From Welwitschia mirabilis (taxonomy: Eukaryota): a DNA stretch of 56,510 nt. A program made the position numbers and the translations under genes. This document shows positions 39,545 through 53,400 of the stretch, piece by piece. The stretch is taken from the NCBI GenBank assembly GCA_051453625.1, contig JBOZIK010000001.1:4157867-4214376 (forward strand). Reading direction: 5' to 3'. The notes under the pieces are model-generated. The model was not told the origin of the DNA. It saw only the letters and a program-made list of their open reading frames with translations, and searched no databases. How positions within the stretch are numbered: the stretch's first letter is position 1; every line of letters begins with the position of its first letter.

Positions 39545-42500
39545 GTAATAAATAGGTAAACATAATAGGATACTAATGGAAAAATCCTAAAAATAATCCC
39601 TACCTAAAAACATACAATCCTAGGTAGAGAAATCATCCTAACTTTTCTTGGAATTAGGATACCAAAATTCTACTAGAAACTAATATGCATCATCCTCCTC
39701 GTATCCTTTAGCTTCCAATTACTAACAATCATCTTGAGTCATTCCCTTTAAGGATTTAGTTAGAAAGTTCATGGAAACTCAAGTTTAGATTAATAGAAAT
39801 TATGAACAATTGCTAAAACAACACTTCTTTACATTAAACAGGATTTACTAAAATATGTAATTCATTATCCAATTTGTTTAACAAATTCAATAAATTCAAA
39901 CCTAAATCCTTTTCATCCTAAATCAAAGGGAAACAAGCAAACTTCCCATGAGTGTTCAATCAAATTCAAAGGGAGTTAGGTTTATTAAAGGGATAGAAAA
40001 CTCAGAAGAAACTAATTTTATATACCTTAGGATTGAAAAAGAGTTATAAAATTCACCCATACAAAATAATATGAAGGAACAATAAAACCCCATAGAAAAT
40101 AGGGAAAAGGATAAGAATGAAGATACATTAGCCATATACAAAGGACCTTTACATTCTCCCCAATAACTTATGAAGAACAAAATAATGAAAAATCAATTAA
40201 AGGCTCTAGAAATTTTCAAGGAAGTTACTATAAACATCCCCCTTCTAGAAGCCATTAAACAGGTACCTTCCTATGCCAAATTCATTAAAGACTTGTGCAC
40301 TATAAAAAGACATATGAACATAAAAGATAAAGCTTTCTTAGCTCAACAAAAAGCATAATTCTTAAAAATCAATTTTTCACTAAAATATAAAGACCCTAGC
40401 TATCTCATAATTACTATTACTATAGGTAACAAACAACTCAACCAAGCCTTATTGGACTTAGGAGCTAGTGTAAACTTGCTTCCCTATAGAACCTATAAAG
40501 AAATAGGCTTGTAAGAACTTAAGAACATGAAACCTCAACTTATTTAGTAGATAGCTCTATTAAAATATCATTAGAGTCATAGAGGACATTGTAGTTAGAG
40601 TTAGCAGTTGCTACTTCTTAGTAGACTTTGTGGTTTTAACATGAAAAACTCAATAGATTAATGAGCAACAATCATTTTAAAAATATCATTATTAACAACT
40701 TTGAATAACTTAATCAATTGTAGGAATAAGTTAATGAAGATTTAATTTGATAACATAATCATAAAACTAAATGTTTTTAATGTTGTGATGTTGTCATCAA
40801 ATGATGAAGGGGTAGAATATGTGGATAGGATATAAATCCTTTTTGAAAATTAGGAATCTGCTTTTTACTCTTTAAAAAATGATTAGTTAAATTGATCTTA
40901 AGATACATGCCCCATTACGCAAAACAAAATTAACTTAGAACTTAAACCTTTTTTAATAATTTAAAATATGCTTTCTTAGGGGATCACTCCAACTTTTTAG
41001 TAGTCATAAATTCTTTTCTAACCCTATCTCAAGAATCTTAATTGCTTAAACTCTTAAGGAAAAATAAGAAGGCAATAAAATGGACCCTTTCAAACATTAG
41101 AGGCATTGGTCCTAGAATTTTTATGTATCATATCTATTTATAAGATAATATTAACTCATCTAAAAAAGCCTCAAAATAAAAAAAACCTAACCTTAATGGA
41201 GTTAGTTAAAAATGAGATGATCAAATGTCTCGATAATAAGATTATTGACCCTATTTGAAATAGTAAGTAAATGAGTTAAAATATAGCTAAGAAAGTAGTG
41301 ATCACCCTTATTCCAAATGAATACAATAATGTATCCCTACTAGACTCATAGAAAAATGGATGATTTGCATCAACTATAGAAGATATAATGCTAACTTAAG
41401 AAGGGATCACTTTCCTCTATCTTTCTCTAACTAAATCCTAGAGTAACTAGTAGGGAATTCATTCTACTATTTCACAGGTGTGTATTCAAGTTATAATCAA
41501 ATTAAAATTGCTCTTAAGAACTAAGAAAAAATTACCTTTTCCTGCCCCTATGGAACATATGCCTACAAATGAATTTCCTTTGGCTTATGTAATACCCTAG
41601 CCATATTCCAACATTACATGATTAGAATCTTCTCTAATTTATTAGATTCAAGTATTAAGATCTTTATGAATGACTTTTTGATCCATTAAATTTCTTTTAA
41701 CTACTATTTGCATAACTTAGAATGTGTCCTTAAGTGATGTATCAGAAAATCCCTTTTACTCAACTAGGAAAAGTGCCACTTTATGATTAATCAAGGCATA
41801 GTTTTAGGATACATCATCTAAAGAAGGAATCCAAGTAGATCTTGCTAGGGTTTCTCTAATCATATACCCACCAACTCCTTAAAAATAAAAAGATATTAGA
41901 TATCGTTTAGAATATGTAGGATACTATAGGATATTTATTAAGAATTCTAGTAAACTCTTTAAGCCATTATATAATCTTTTGAGCAAAGATACTACCTTTA
42001 ACTGGACCCTTAAATGTCAACAAGCCTTTGAACAACTCAAAGGAAAATTAACTTCCACCCCAATCATTCAACCACCTGATTGGAAGTTACCTTTTGAGCT
42101 TATGTATGACACCAGTAATTAAAACATTGGGGTTATTTTAGGACAAAGGATAGATAAAAAATAAACCATGATTTACTATTCCAGTCAAACTTTAAATGAA
42201 ACTCAGTTAAACTACATTGTTAAAAGAAAAAGCTACTAGCAATAGTCTTTGCCTCAGAGAAATTTAGGCAATACCTTTTAGGATCTAAGGTAATTATCTA
42301 TACCAATCATTCTGCCCATAGATATCTTTTTGCCAAAAAATATTCAAAACCAAGACAGATTAGATGGATCCTCCTTTTGTGGAAATTTGACTTGGAGATT
42401 AAAGATAAAAAGGGTTTTGATAACATAGTTGTAGATCATCTTTCATGATTAAATCAATAGAGTCCGCAAATGTCCCTTGCCCTTAATGACACCTTCCCAA

Positions 42501-43803
42501 ATGAACATCTCTTTTAAGGAAACACCATAGTTTGTAGATATTTCCAACTACCTAGTTTCCAAAACCATTTCTTCTCATTGAACTCCTAATGATAAAAAAG
42601 ATTTCCAAGCCTTGTCAAATACTTCTTTTGGTATAGCCCTTATCTTTTCAAATGTCATCTAAACCAACTCATTCACAAATGTGTACTCCAAACTGAAATC
42701 CATTAACATTCTTAAGCATTTCCATTCTGAGGCTTATGGGGGTCATTACTTATTTAATAAAACCACCACAAAATTCCTTCATTCTAGTTTCTATTGGCAT
42801 TCTATTTTTAAAGACTCCTACCTTTATTGCAAATCCTGTGATAATTGCCAAAAATTAGAAAGTCTTTCATGAAGACAAATGATATCCCTAATCCATATTC
42901 TCATGGTTAAACCTTCAACATTTGGGGAGTTAATTTTTAGGGCCCTTATCCACCTTTAAACATGCATCAATACATTCTACTCCATGTGGACAATGTAATA
43001 AAATAGGTTAAAGCTTGTGCTTACTGATCAAATGATGCTCAAACGGTGATAAAATTCTTTAAGGAAAATAGCTTAACGCTATTTGGTTATCCACAACTTT
43101 TAATTAGCAACAAAGAAATACATTTCTGCAACAAAATATTCAATAACCATCTTGCTAAATACGAGGTAACTCACAAAGTAGCAACACCTTATCACCCCCA
43201 AGCTAGTGGTCAAGTTGAGGTTACGAACAAGGAGATTAAGAAAATTCTACAAAAGGTAGTTAACATGAAAAGACTAATTCTTTAAGCTTAATAATGTTTA
43301 TGGATCCATCACACCGCTTACAAAACTCCCTTAGGAATGTCACTATTTAGACTAGTCTATGGAAAAGCCTATCTTCTACCTGTAGAACTTGATCACAAAG
43401 CGTACTGGGTGATCAAAAATATGAACTTAAATTTAGAGGCTATAAGTAAAAATATGGTCATACAACTTAATAAATTGGATGAATTTAGGAATCACGCCTA
43501 TGAAAACATGAGGATAAACAAAGAAAGGACGAAGAAGTTCCATGATTAACACATCCTTAAGAAAACTTTCAAGGAGAGAGAACTAGTTCTGCTTTATAAC
43601 TCAATCTTACATCTTTTCCTAGACAAACTAGTTGCAAAGTGGAAAGGACCGTTTTTAATAAAAAAGGTTTTGCCTCACGGAGTATTTCTCATAGGAAACC
43701 CCAAAAACCATCAATTATTCAAAGTTAATGCTCACCGCCTAAAACACTATCATCCACCTATTCCAGCGACTTATGAATTTATGAGGCTTATTGATCTAGG
43801 TTA
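39545..43803 (+). pseudogene. Remainder of gag and pol of Athila element D
   Basis: NPYLKTYNPR*RNHPNFSW (39594-39651); EIFKEVTINIPLLEAIKQVPSYAKFIKDLCT; protease ALLDLGASVNLLP (~40445); RT PTRLIEKWMICINYR, RDHFPL, IFMNDF (41660); RNaseH; integrase HSEAYGGH…[40 protein letters not shown]. Confidence 0.93.
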
Positions 43804-44528
43804 ATGGCCCTAAAGAAAAATCAAGAATAAATGATCTCATTATCACTTGAGCAATGGTTAAGATTAAGTTTACTTATAGGTTTGTAACAAAAAGGAGGCT
43901 TATTTTGAGTTAGGTGGTTCAATAATGCATTCGCCTAGGGTCTCCAATTTTGATCAAACTTAGTTGAAAATGTAGTATTTTGCCTTCATATGTGTTTCTT
44001 AATTCTAAAGCCTTTAATGGAGACAAGATTTGTCTTGACTAGAATAATGAGCCAATGACCCCCCTAATGTGCATAAAGAATGACTATGGGAAGATGGAGA
44101 AAAGAAAATAATAAATCTCTTCTCCAAAACGCACATAACATTAATCACTTAATTGGGTTTTGGTAATTGCTTTGGGGCTATGGACGTCTATAGACAATGC
44201 AACTCTAACAATTTAATTGCAACATTTTCAATTGCATCAGGGCTATAAATGCTCATTAGCAATGCAATACAAATTTCTGCATAAAACAATATGCTTAACT
44301 ATATTGGTTGAAAATGTCATAACACTAGATGCTTAATGTGATCCAGAGGCTTAAACTAAGGACATATGCGAAGATAGAAACAGAAAATAAAGGAATGACA
44401 AAGGTGGGAGTCGGAGGCTTTATGTGAANNNNNNNNNNNNNNNNNNNNNNNNNNNNNNNNNNNNNNNNNNNNNNNNNNNNNNNNNNNNNNNNNNNNNNNN
44501 NNNNNNNNNNNNNNNNNNNNNNNNNNNN

Positions 44529-46232
44529 TTAACTTTTAATCCATTCATTCAACCATATAACTAGAAGTAACCTTTTTAGCTTATGTGTAATGCCAGTGAT
44601 TATGTGGTTGGGGAGACTTTAGGATAAAGGATCGATAAAAAAACAAACCATGATTTACTAAGCAAGTGAAACTTGAAATGAGACTTGGTCAAACTACACT
44701 CTTATAGAAAAATAGCTACTAGCTATAGTCTTTGCATTGTATAAATTTAGGTAATGCCTTTTAGAATCTAAGTTAATTATCTATGCTGATCCTTCAAGCC
44801 TTAAATATCTGTTTGATAAAAAGGATTTAAAACCAAGACTGATTAGATGGATCCTTCTTCTATAAGAATTTAACTTAGATTAAAAATAAAAAGGGTTTTA
44901 ATAATATAGTTCTCATTAATAATACCTTTATAGATAAACATCTATTTAGATTAATAAAGAACCTTGATTTGTAGATATTACAAACTAATTAGTGTTAAAA
45001 ACCATTTCTTCTAACTATACCATTAATGATAAAAAGAGATTCCTAAGCTATGCCAAATACATTTTTTAGGATAGCCCATATCTTTTCAAATACTATTCAA
45101 ACTGAGTCATTCATAAATGTATTTCCCAAACTAACATATATAATATTCTTAAACATTACTATTCTAGGCTTATGGGAATCATTACTTAGCTAATTAAACT
45201 ACTACAAAAATCCTTTAAGCTAGTTTTTATTGGACATCTATTTTTAAAGACTTCTACTTTATTATAAATCTTGTGATACCTATCTAAAGTTAGGAAGTTT
45301 TTCATGAAGATAAATGATGTCCTTAAAATTTATTTTTGTTATTGAACCCTTTGATATTTAGTGAATTGATTTTTAAGGTCCTCATTCATCATCCAATGGG
45401 CATCAATACATTTTTATCTATATTGACTACATAACTAAATATGTTAATAGTTATGTTGAAAAAATTATGCTAAAATAGTGATTAAGTACTTTAAAGGAAA
45501 TATATTAACATGCTTTAGTTACCCATAAGTTTTAAATAGTGATGGAGGAACACACTTTTATAATAAAATATTTAATAAAATTCTCACTAAAAATAGGATT
45601 ACACATAATGTTGTAACACATTATCACCCTTAAACAAGTGACAAAGTCAAGGTTATAAATAGAGAAATTAAGAAAATATTATAAAATGTAGTAAATTCAA
45701 CATGAAAATACTAGTCCTTCAAACTCAATGATGTTTTATGGATATATTGCACTACTTATAAAACTCCCTTAGGAATGTCACCATTTTTATTCATTTATGA
45801 CAAAGCCTATTATTTATTCATAGAACTTAAGCATCAAGCTTATTAGGTGATTAAAAATATAAACTTAGACTTGAAAATTACAAGGAGAAATAGGGTCATA
45901 CAACTTAATGAATTAGATAAAATCAAGAATGATTCCTATTAAAACATGAGGATAAACAAAAAGAGGATAAAAAATTTCCATGATTAACATATTCTTAAAA
46001 ATACTTTTAAGGAGGAAGAAGTAGTTTTTATTTATAATTTACACTTACTATCTTTTTCTAAGAAAACTAGTGGAAAGGACCATTTTCAATTAAGAAGGTT
46101 TTACCTCATGAAGTATTTCTCATAGAAATTCCTAAAAATCATTAACTATTCAAAGTCAATAACACTACTCAAATAATTATCATTCACATATTTCAATGAG
46201 TTATGAATTTATGAGGCTTACTAATCTAGATT
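44529..46232 (+). pseudogene. Second, diverged copy of D-family RNaseH-integrase (its 3' UTR copy extends to ~46780)
   Basis: Collinear with ~42050-44428 (e.g. LMCNASDYVVG, KPRLIRWILL, AYKTPLGMSP-like, and the shared 3' UTR) but with many substitutions. It begins right after a 100-N gap. Confidence 0.85.
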
Positions 46233-47010
46233 AATGGCCCTTAATAAAAAAAATCAATAATAAGAGATCTTAATATCACTTAGGTAATAGTTAAGATTAA
46301 GTATACTTATAGGTTTTTAAAAAAGAGTACACTTATTTTTGAGTATGTTGGTTAAAAGTGCATTTACTTAACATCTTTAAGTTTTTAATAAAACTTGGTT
46401 ACCTTTATATATATGTCTTAAGTGTAAAGCATTTGATGGGGATAAGATTTTTCTTGACTAGGCTAACAAGACAATGTTTACCTACTGAGTACAAAAAATG
46501 ATTATGGAAATATGAATAAAGAAAAATATTTTTTCTAAATTCACATAACATTAATTACTTAAATTGGATTTAATTAACTATATCAAGGCTATAAATGCTC
46601 ACTAGAAATGATCATTAATATCTACATAAAAAAAACATGTTTAACTTTGTTGGTAAAAAATGTTATAACAATGGATTCTTAGTGTGATTTAAAGGCTTAA
46701 CACTAAGGACATATACAAAGGTAGAAATGGAAAATAAAGGAACAACAATGATGGAAATTGGAGGCTTTATGTATATTGATGTATCTTAACCTTCATACTT
46801 AGGATTCATTATGATTTCTAAAATGCATATAAGATTCTTAGTTAGAACTTTACTTAGGTGATATTATGATCCACTAAAAATATAAAAATATGATAAGGAC
46901 TATTAACTTAAAATAGTTATCTCATTTATTCATTAGTTTATAATTTAGTCCATTTGATGCATTTATTATCTCCTTTTCACTCCACATCACTTCACTTCAC
47001 TTCATACCCA

Positions 47011-48244
47011 TGTTATGATTCCAAATTGTATGTAGCTAATAGGGTATTTTAAGTGCTATTGTAGGAAATTTAGATAAGTTTAGCAGACTTTTAGCAATAA
47101 TAAAGAATCAATATGATTTAAAAACAATATAATATTTAGCATATTTGAAGGCATTTTAGATGATTTCTAATGAATGACATTCTAAGGATATTTCTAATAA
47201 TCAAAGAGATTAATTTGACTTAATAGAAGAACTAGAAAGTTTGATTTCTCCATCATCATTTGAATGATAGTACCAGATGGCATTACAAGAAAGCTAATAA
47301 TGACTGAGATATAAGATGATGTGGATCCTTTCTAATGTAGTATTATCTCCATCATCATCTAGAAAATATTCAAGATGACATTACACCTAATTTTGCAACC
47401 AACACATTAAACTTCACCTAACTTTGCAAATGTATTATGCACTTCCTTCTTTGGCATTAGAGGGTTTTGTCTAGTTTTTAGGATTACTGTTTTTAGAATG
47501 TTCCTTATATTAAATTTGCCCTTTACCCTTTCTTTAACTTTCATCATTGTTTGCATCTGATAATCTTGCGATGAAAGATCGAAGGGAAATAGATCCATCT
47601 ATAGCTATAGAGAGAAGTCTTCCTTGGTGTTGAGCTATGTATCCCTCATTGAGATGCTACTGCTTTGTACCTATATGTTGATTCAAGATTAATCAATATA
47701 GTTTCTTTTTTCAGTTATGTACATCTCCCTTATGATTTATGTTGATTATGATTTAGTGATAGCTTCATAATTAATCTAGATTGGGAGGGCAACTTTTGTA
47801 AGGGTTGATATTGGTTATTTAGTGTTTACATTCCATTTTGTATTGCATTTCATAACTATAATAATTGCATTCCATTATATTCTCTTTAATGTACCTTATA
47901 GTATTTCCTAATTGATTTATATTATGAGGGCCTATCTTTGTGACATAGGTCGGTAGTCGAGTAGATCTATTACTTATAGTATTTTTCATTACATTTTATT
48001 ATAAGTATTGTATTAGTGTTTATCTTGCATCATTTTATTACATTGTTCTTTATTTTCATTTATATAAATAGAAAAAGAATAAAAATACATTGTCAAAATC
48101 AATTTTCTAACTTTGAGCCTAGTGCATTTGACTGATTATAATATTTAGATTAATTCTTATCTATACTAGCATGTGTTTTATGAAAGAATTTATGATTTAT
48201 AGGATTTACTTAAGGATTTAGATATTACATAAATATGCACCATA
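47011..48244 (+). repeat. 5' LTR of Athila element B
   Basis: TGTTATG start with no PPT before it. Ends ...TTACATAAATATGCACCATA, 6 nt before a PBS. Homologous to the LTRs at 152 and 52300. Confidence 0.8.
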
Positions 48245-48250
48245 ATAATT

Positions 48251-48268
48251 TGGTGTCATTTCCAAGAA
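48251..48268 (+). promoter_or_regulatory. Degenerate tRNA-Asp PBS (element B)
   Basis: TGGTGTCATTTCCAAGAA, 11/18 to TGGCGCCGTTGCCGGGGA, with the same 6-nt offset as element C. Confidence 0.65.
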
Positions 48269-48769
48269 AGGCCACAAGGAGCTAAAGGATTATTACTATA
48301 ACAAATAAGTAGTTTAGATTTTGATTTAAGTTATTTGTTTGTAGTAGCATTATATCTTTACTCTAGATTCTATAGTTTTTCTTTTTGCATTTTTTTGATT
48401 TTCATTTCATAAATAATTTTCTATACTCCATATCGTTTTGATGACATAGGAAAATGATAACCCAAAAAACACGATTGTTTATTTTTTTCTACAAACTAGA
48501 ATTTTTCTGTTTTTAACCTAATAAAGTTGATATGATTTCCTCTATCATCAAGAAAACTTAGGTAGATGACTGCTAGTTTTATTTTTATCTTCATTTTTTA
48601 ATAATCTATTTTTCTCTATTTTTATTTTTCTATTTTCTTTTAAATTGGTTTTTCAAGAATATCATCTAGATGACTACTAAGATGATGGCTATGCAAGCAT
48701 TTCTTTGAGCATATAGGAACATGATAAATTCTGTTTAAAAAAAATATATTAGAGGAAGCAAATATTGAT

Positions 48770-51700
48770 AAAGGAAAATACCAAAGAAGGTTTATTTGAC
48801 TATGAACAAAATCTAATTACATACAACCCATGTATGCAAATTCCAGGAATTAAAGAACAACATTTTTCTACTTTTATTATTTCTAATTAGATTTTTTAGA
48901 AGAAAATTGTATAAAAGCAAATCATTTTATTTCTTCTTCATCAATGTCAAACTCAATGCAAAAGAAAAAAATAGGTAGCCTTATTAAATACACAAAGTAT
49001 GATAGGAATATTGTATACATCTATAAATGTTACACTTAAAGATTTAATAACTAATAGAAAGCATAAAATTCAAAACCCTTTTGAGTTGACTCCTAGTAAC
49101 AATGTAGAATGAAGAAACTTAAATTCATATCCAACATTTTTTAAGAGAACCTAATGAAGATCTATTTCAACATCTTGCTTATATAGAATAACTTGTGCTT
49201 ACATTAATAATGATAAAAATAAATTAGTAATAGAAATTACATGATCATCTTTCCTATCACACTTCGAAAAAAAACAAAACTTTAGCTTAGAACCAAGCCT
49301 TATAGAAGTCTTAACATTTGGAGTCAAGTATAAGAAGCCTTTATTAAACTATTTATAAGTAACAAAAACATGAGGAAAAAGAAGAAAAGAAGTTATTAAC
49401 TTTTAATAACAACCCATAAATATTATTATGAGTGATTTATCATAGCTAATCATTCCAATCCTATTAATGAATTCTCTAAAGTAGAATTAATAAATTATTT
49501 TTATAGTAAATTAAATAGTCAAATAAAACAACTTGTAGACTTTTCTTGTGATGGAAAATTGATGGTCTTAGTTTTATATAATGCATGAAAGTTGTTGGAA
49601 GATCTAGTTAAGATAAGTTAAACTTGACTAAAACCAACTTATAAAGAAAATCAAATCATGGACCAAATAATAAAAGACTTAAAGAAAGCAAAACATGATA
49701 AGGAGGAAGAAAAAAATAATTTAATCAATGTGATTAAGAATTTTACTACTGCTTTAGAGAAATACACTAAAATAATAGTTGATGAAAAGGTAAAAAATGA
49801 GAAGAACATAATTTCAACATGTGATTTATGTGAAGATAACTTTCATTTAACAAAAGAATATCCCGTGTTACCAACATATAAAGATAAAATATTTGAAGAA
49901 GTGTGTGCATTTAACCAAAGGCTTCCAAATTTCAAAATAAAATTCAATATTAATAAAGAATGAGTGGACAATCAAATTGGAAACCATTTGAGAGTAGATT
50001 CAAGAATTCAAATTTTCAACCAAATAACTTTAACTTCCTACTAAGCTTCTTAAATTTTCAACAAAATCAAAGTGATCTAGTTACAAATGCAATAGAAGAG
50101 TTGAGAAAAGCACAACAAATAACAAACACAACCATTGAAAACCAAAGTAAAAACATTTTCTTCAACAAAAAATGTTAGCAATCAAAGACCACAAGAATCT
50201 CTTACATCTCAAACTTTAGCAAACCTAAATGAATTTAAGAAAGATTGAAAAGCAATAACTATAAGTGAAACTGACATAACATTACTTACTCATGAAACTT
50301 CAACTTCAAAGAATGTTAAAAATAATGAGTAAAATGAAAAATAGAATGATATAAAAATCTTAGAAACACATAAATTCACTTTAACCTTAGCAAAATATTC
50401 ATTAAAAAATAAAAGCAAGAGACTAGCTACCTCTTGGCTTGATAAACTAAACATAAATCATAAATCTTATCTTTAATAAATACTTAAACATCTTACTGTA
50501 AGATGTTAGCATCAACTTAGGCTTTTGGAAATGTTTTCTAAGAAAATCCTAAGTATGCTAAGTTATGGAAAGAGTTAGTTAGAAGAAAACAAAAATGTAC
50601 TATTCCTACTAGAGTATTCCTTACATAATCTTTCTCCAACTTAGTTATATAAAAGTATCCTAAATTTAAAGACCCTAGGGAAACAATGGTAAGTATTACT
50701 TTAGAAGGAAATAAGAAAATCAAAAAATCCTTAATAGATATAGGAATAAATGCAAATATCATTCCTCTTCATATATGTAAAATACTTGGGTTATAAGAAA
50801 GAAATAAACCTACAAAAATCATATTAGGGTTAAATGATGCTTATATCAAGAAATCTTTGAGGATCAGTAAAGGCTTACTCATTTGAATAATAGAATATTT
50901 CTACCCCACAGATGTGGTTATTATTAAAGTAGAATATAATGGAGGTTATCCACTACTTTTAAGAAGTGCCTTTTGTGTAACTGCCCACTATATATATATA
51001 TATATATGTATATATTAAAATGATGGAATTTTACATAGGAAATAAAAAATTCACCATTAGAGTGTTTGATGCTATTGAAAAAGTCATAAGAGATGAGTGG
51101 AAGTTAGAAGAAGAAATTAAACTGACTTTATTTTTACAACACTGTTCAATTAAAGAGAGATTAATAATGTTACATGAGCCAACTTTTAATGATGATCTAA
51201 TTGAAATAAACTATCTTAATTAGGAGGATGAAGAAATGGAACCTGTAACCTAGGAAGAAGTTTAACATGTGAAATCAATTAAGAATATTTGTGATGAGGG
51301 GAGTCATCTAGCTATGTCATCTAGAAAATATTCCTAAATGATATTAAACACTAAGAATTTAACAATAAAAAATAAAGGTTATAAATTAGAATTAAAAGAA
51401 TTACCTAAAGGTCTAAAAACAACAATCTGAAGAAACCTTTAGTAATAATAAAAATCTTATCCCTTAAGAAGAATCTACTTTAGTATCACTATTAACTTCT
51501 AAGGCAAATGCTTTTACTTATATTCATAAGGTTTAGAACTGTTCCCTCTTCCATAGTTCAACATAAAATATACCTTGAATATAATGCTAAACCAAATAAT
51601 TAATCCTAATAAATACTTAACCTAACACTTAAATAAGTCATTAAAGATAAAACCATTAAACTTATGAATGATGAAATTATCTATGCTATATCTGATAGTG

Positions 51701-52299
51701 AGTGGGTTAGCTCCTTGAGAATACATAAGAAGGATGAAAAGTGAAGGATGTGTATTGACTTTAGAAAACTTAATAACGTTACTAAAAAGGATCATTATCC
51801 TTTACTCTCTCTAGATCAAATACTTGATAGAATTCAAGGACATGCTTATTACTATTTTCTTAATAAGTATAGTAGCTAGAAATAGATTTTCATAGCTAGT
51901 AAGAAATAAGTAAAAACAACATCTACTTTTTACTTTGGAATCTTTGCCTTTAGAAGATACCTTTTGGGCTTTGTAATGCCCCCAGAATATTTTAATGTGT
52001 AATGGTGGGTATTTTTCCTAACATGACAAAGGAGTCCATTAAGATCTGTATTCATGACTTCTCAATCTTTAGTGAAACTTTTAAAAAAATCATAAAAAGA
52101 TTATAAAAATTCTTAAATATATGTATACATAGTGACTTATATTTGGTTGGGAAAGAAGTTTATTTCTTATCAATAATGGGATTATTTTAGATCATCACAT
52201 TTCTAGTGAAGGAATTAGAAAGGACTCCATAAAAGTTAGATGATTCAAAACCTTAACTTTATAATTAATGTTAAACAAGTTAGACCTTTCCTTAGTTAT
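48770..52299 (+). pseudogene. Degenerate gag-protease-RT of element B, truncated by insertion of element C
   Basis: Gag similar to element C; zinc knuckle CDLCEDNFHLTKEYP; KYPKFKDPR; protease LIDIGINANIIP (50731); RT SDSEWVSS…RMCIDFRKLN…KKDHYPL, FGLCNAP, ICIHDFSIF. Ends at VKQVRPFLSY at the junction. Confidence 0.88.
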
Positions 52300-53394
52300 T
52301 GTTACGCTGCCAAATTATGTGTATTTGATAGGGTATTTTGAGTTGTTTCACAGGTAAATTAATAGATAAATGCTTAATCCTTATGATAATCGAGAACCGA
52401 GATGAAGAGAATGAAAACATGCAGTTTACAGATAAATTATGAGCATTTCATGTAGATATAGATAAATATTATTTTGAATAATGATTCTTATAAATAACTG
52501 AGTAATTAGATTGACTGAAGATTAACAAAAGCCTTTTGTCCACCTAATCGTCCAGACATTACTAGTGGATGACATTTTAAATAAGGTGATAATAAGTTCA
52601 CATGCAGTTGACAGGAGTTAAACCAGAGCAAACCAAGAGTTTCAATTATCAGTCTTCATTGTCTTCTGTTTCATCTAGATAACCAAAAGGATAACACTGT
52701 TCTCTCATACTTTTACTAAATGTTTTCCCAAGTTCTCATCACTTCTTTGCAACTTTACTTTGCATGTTAGCTAGGGTTTCTTCTCTACTTCTCTGTCAGT
52801 TTTCCTTCCTTCTCTGTCTATAAATAAAGATCTCCTCCTTGATCACTAATCATCTTTGATAGTACCTGACTTCTCGTGATAGGAGATCTTGGGACTGGAG
52901 AATCATCTTGTAATCCAAAGAGACATTACCTTGGTGTTGGACAGCATATCCTCCATTGAGAAATGACTACTTTGTGATACATATGTCTTTTATATTTTTA
53001 ATATGAATTATCCTTTTTGTTCAATATATATAAGAATCTCTCCCTCATAGTTTATGTTGTTTAAGATTCATGATAGTTTTCTTCTATTATATAGATTATG
53101 AGGGCATCCTTTGTCAAGGTTGAGCTTGATTAGATTAGGTATATCATTATTTCTTTTCATAGATTAGTTTTGCATCGCTATTTCAATTTCATGCATTGTA
53201 ATTTATTTTAGTAAGATTAGAGTTACATATTTTTATCTCCAAATTAACTCTTATATTTCCATACTATTGGTCTTCGATAGAATTACAACATTTGGATCAC
53301 TCCTGACTATACTAGCATGCTATGTTTGTGCATTTTATTTGTAATTAAGAGGATTTAGATCAAGGCATGAAACATTGCATAAATACACAAAGCA
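52300..53394 (+). repeat. 5' LTR of Athila element C
   Basis: TG…CA boundaries (TGTTACGC … CACAAAGCA), TATAAATAAA at ~52819, followed by a PBS. Homologous to the LTRs of X and B. Confidence 0.88.
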
Positions 53395-53400
53395 AAAAAT

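Larger units (their letters stand above)
14370..39545 (-). mobile_element. CACTA (En/Spm) DNA transposon with nested insertions, inserted in gag of element D
   Basis: Minus-strand TnpD and TnpA remnants; AAGGCATTT/AAATGCCTT subterminal repeat arrays at both ends; gag of D resumes immediately to the right. Canonical CACTA TIRs were not found at the ends. Confidence 0.75.

Noticed and set aside
152..48244. LTRs X and B (or C) as the two ends of one giant element
   Set aside because: X is preceded by a PPT and has no PBS (a 3' LTR), while B and C are followed by a PBS (5' LTRs). The order is the reverse of that required, and the sequences are substantially diverged.
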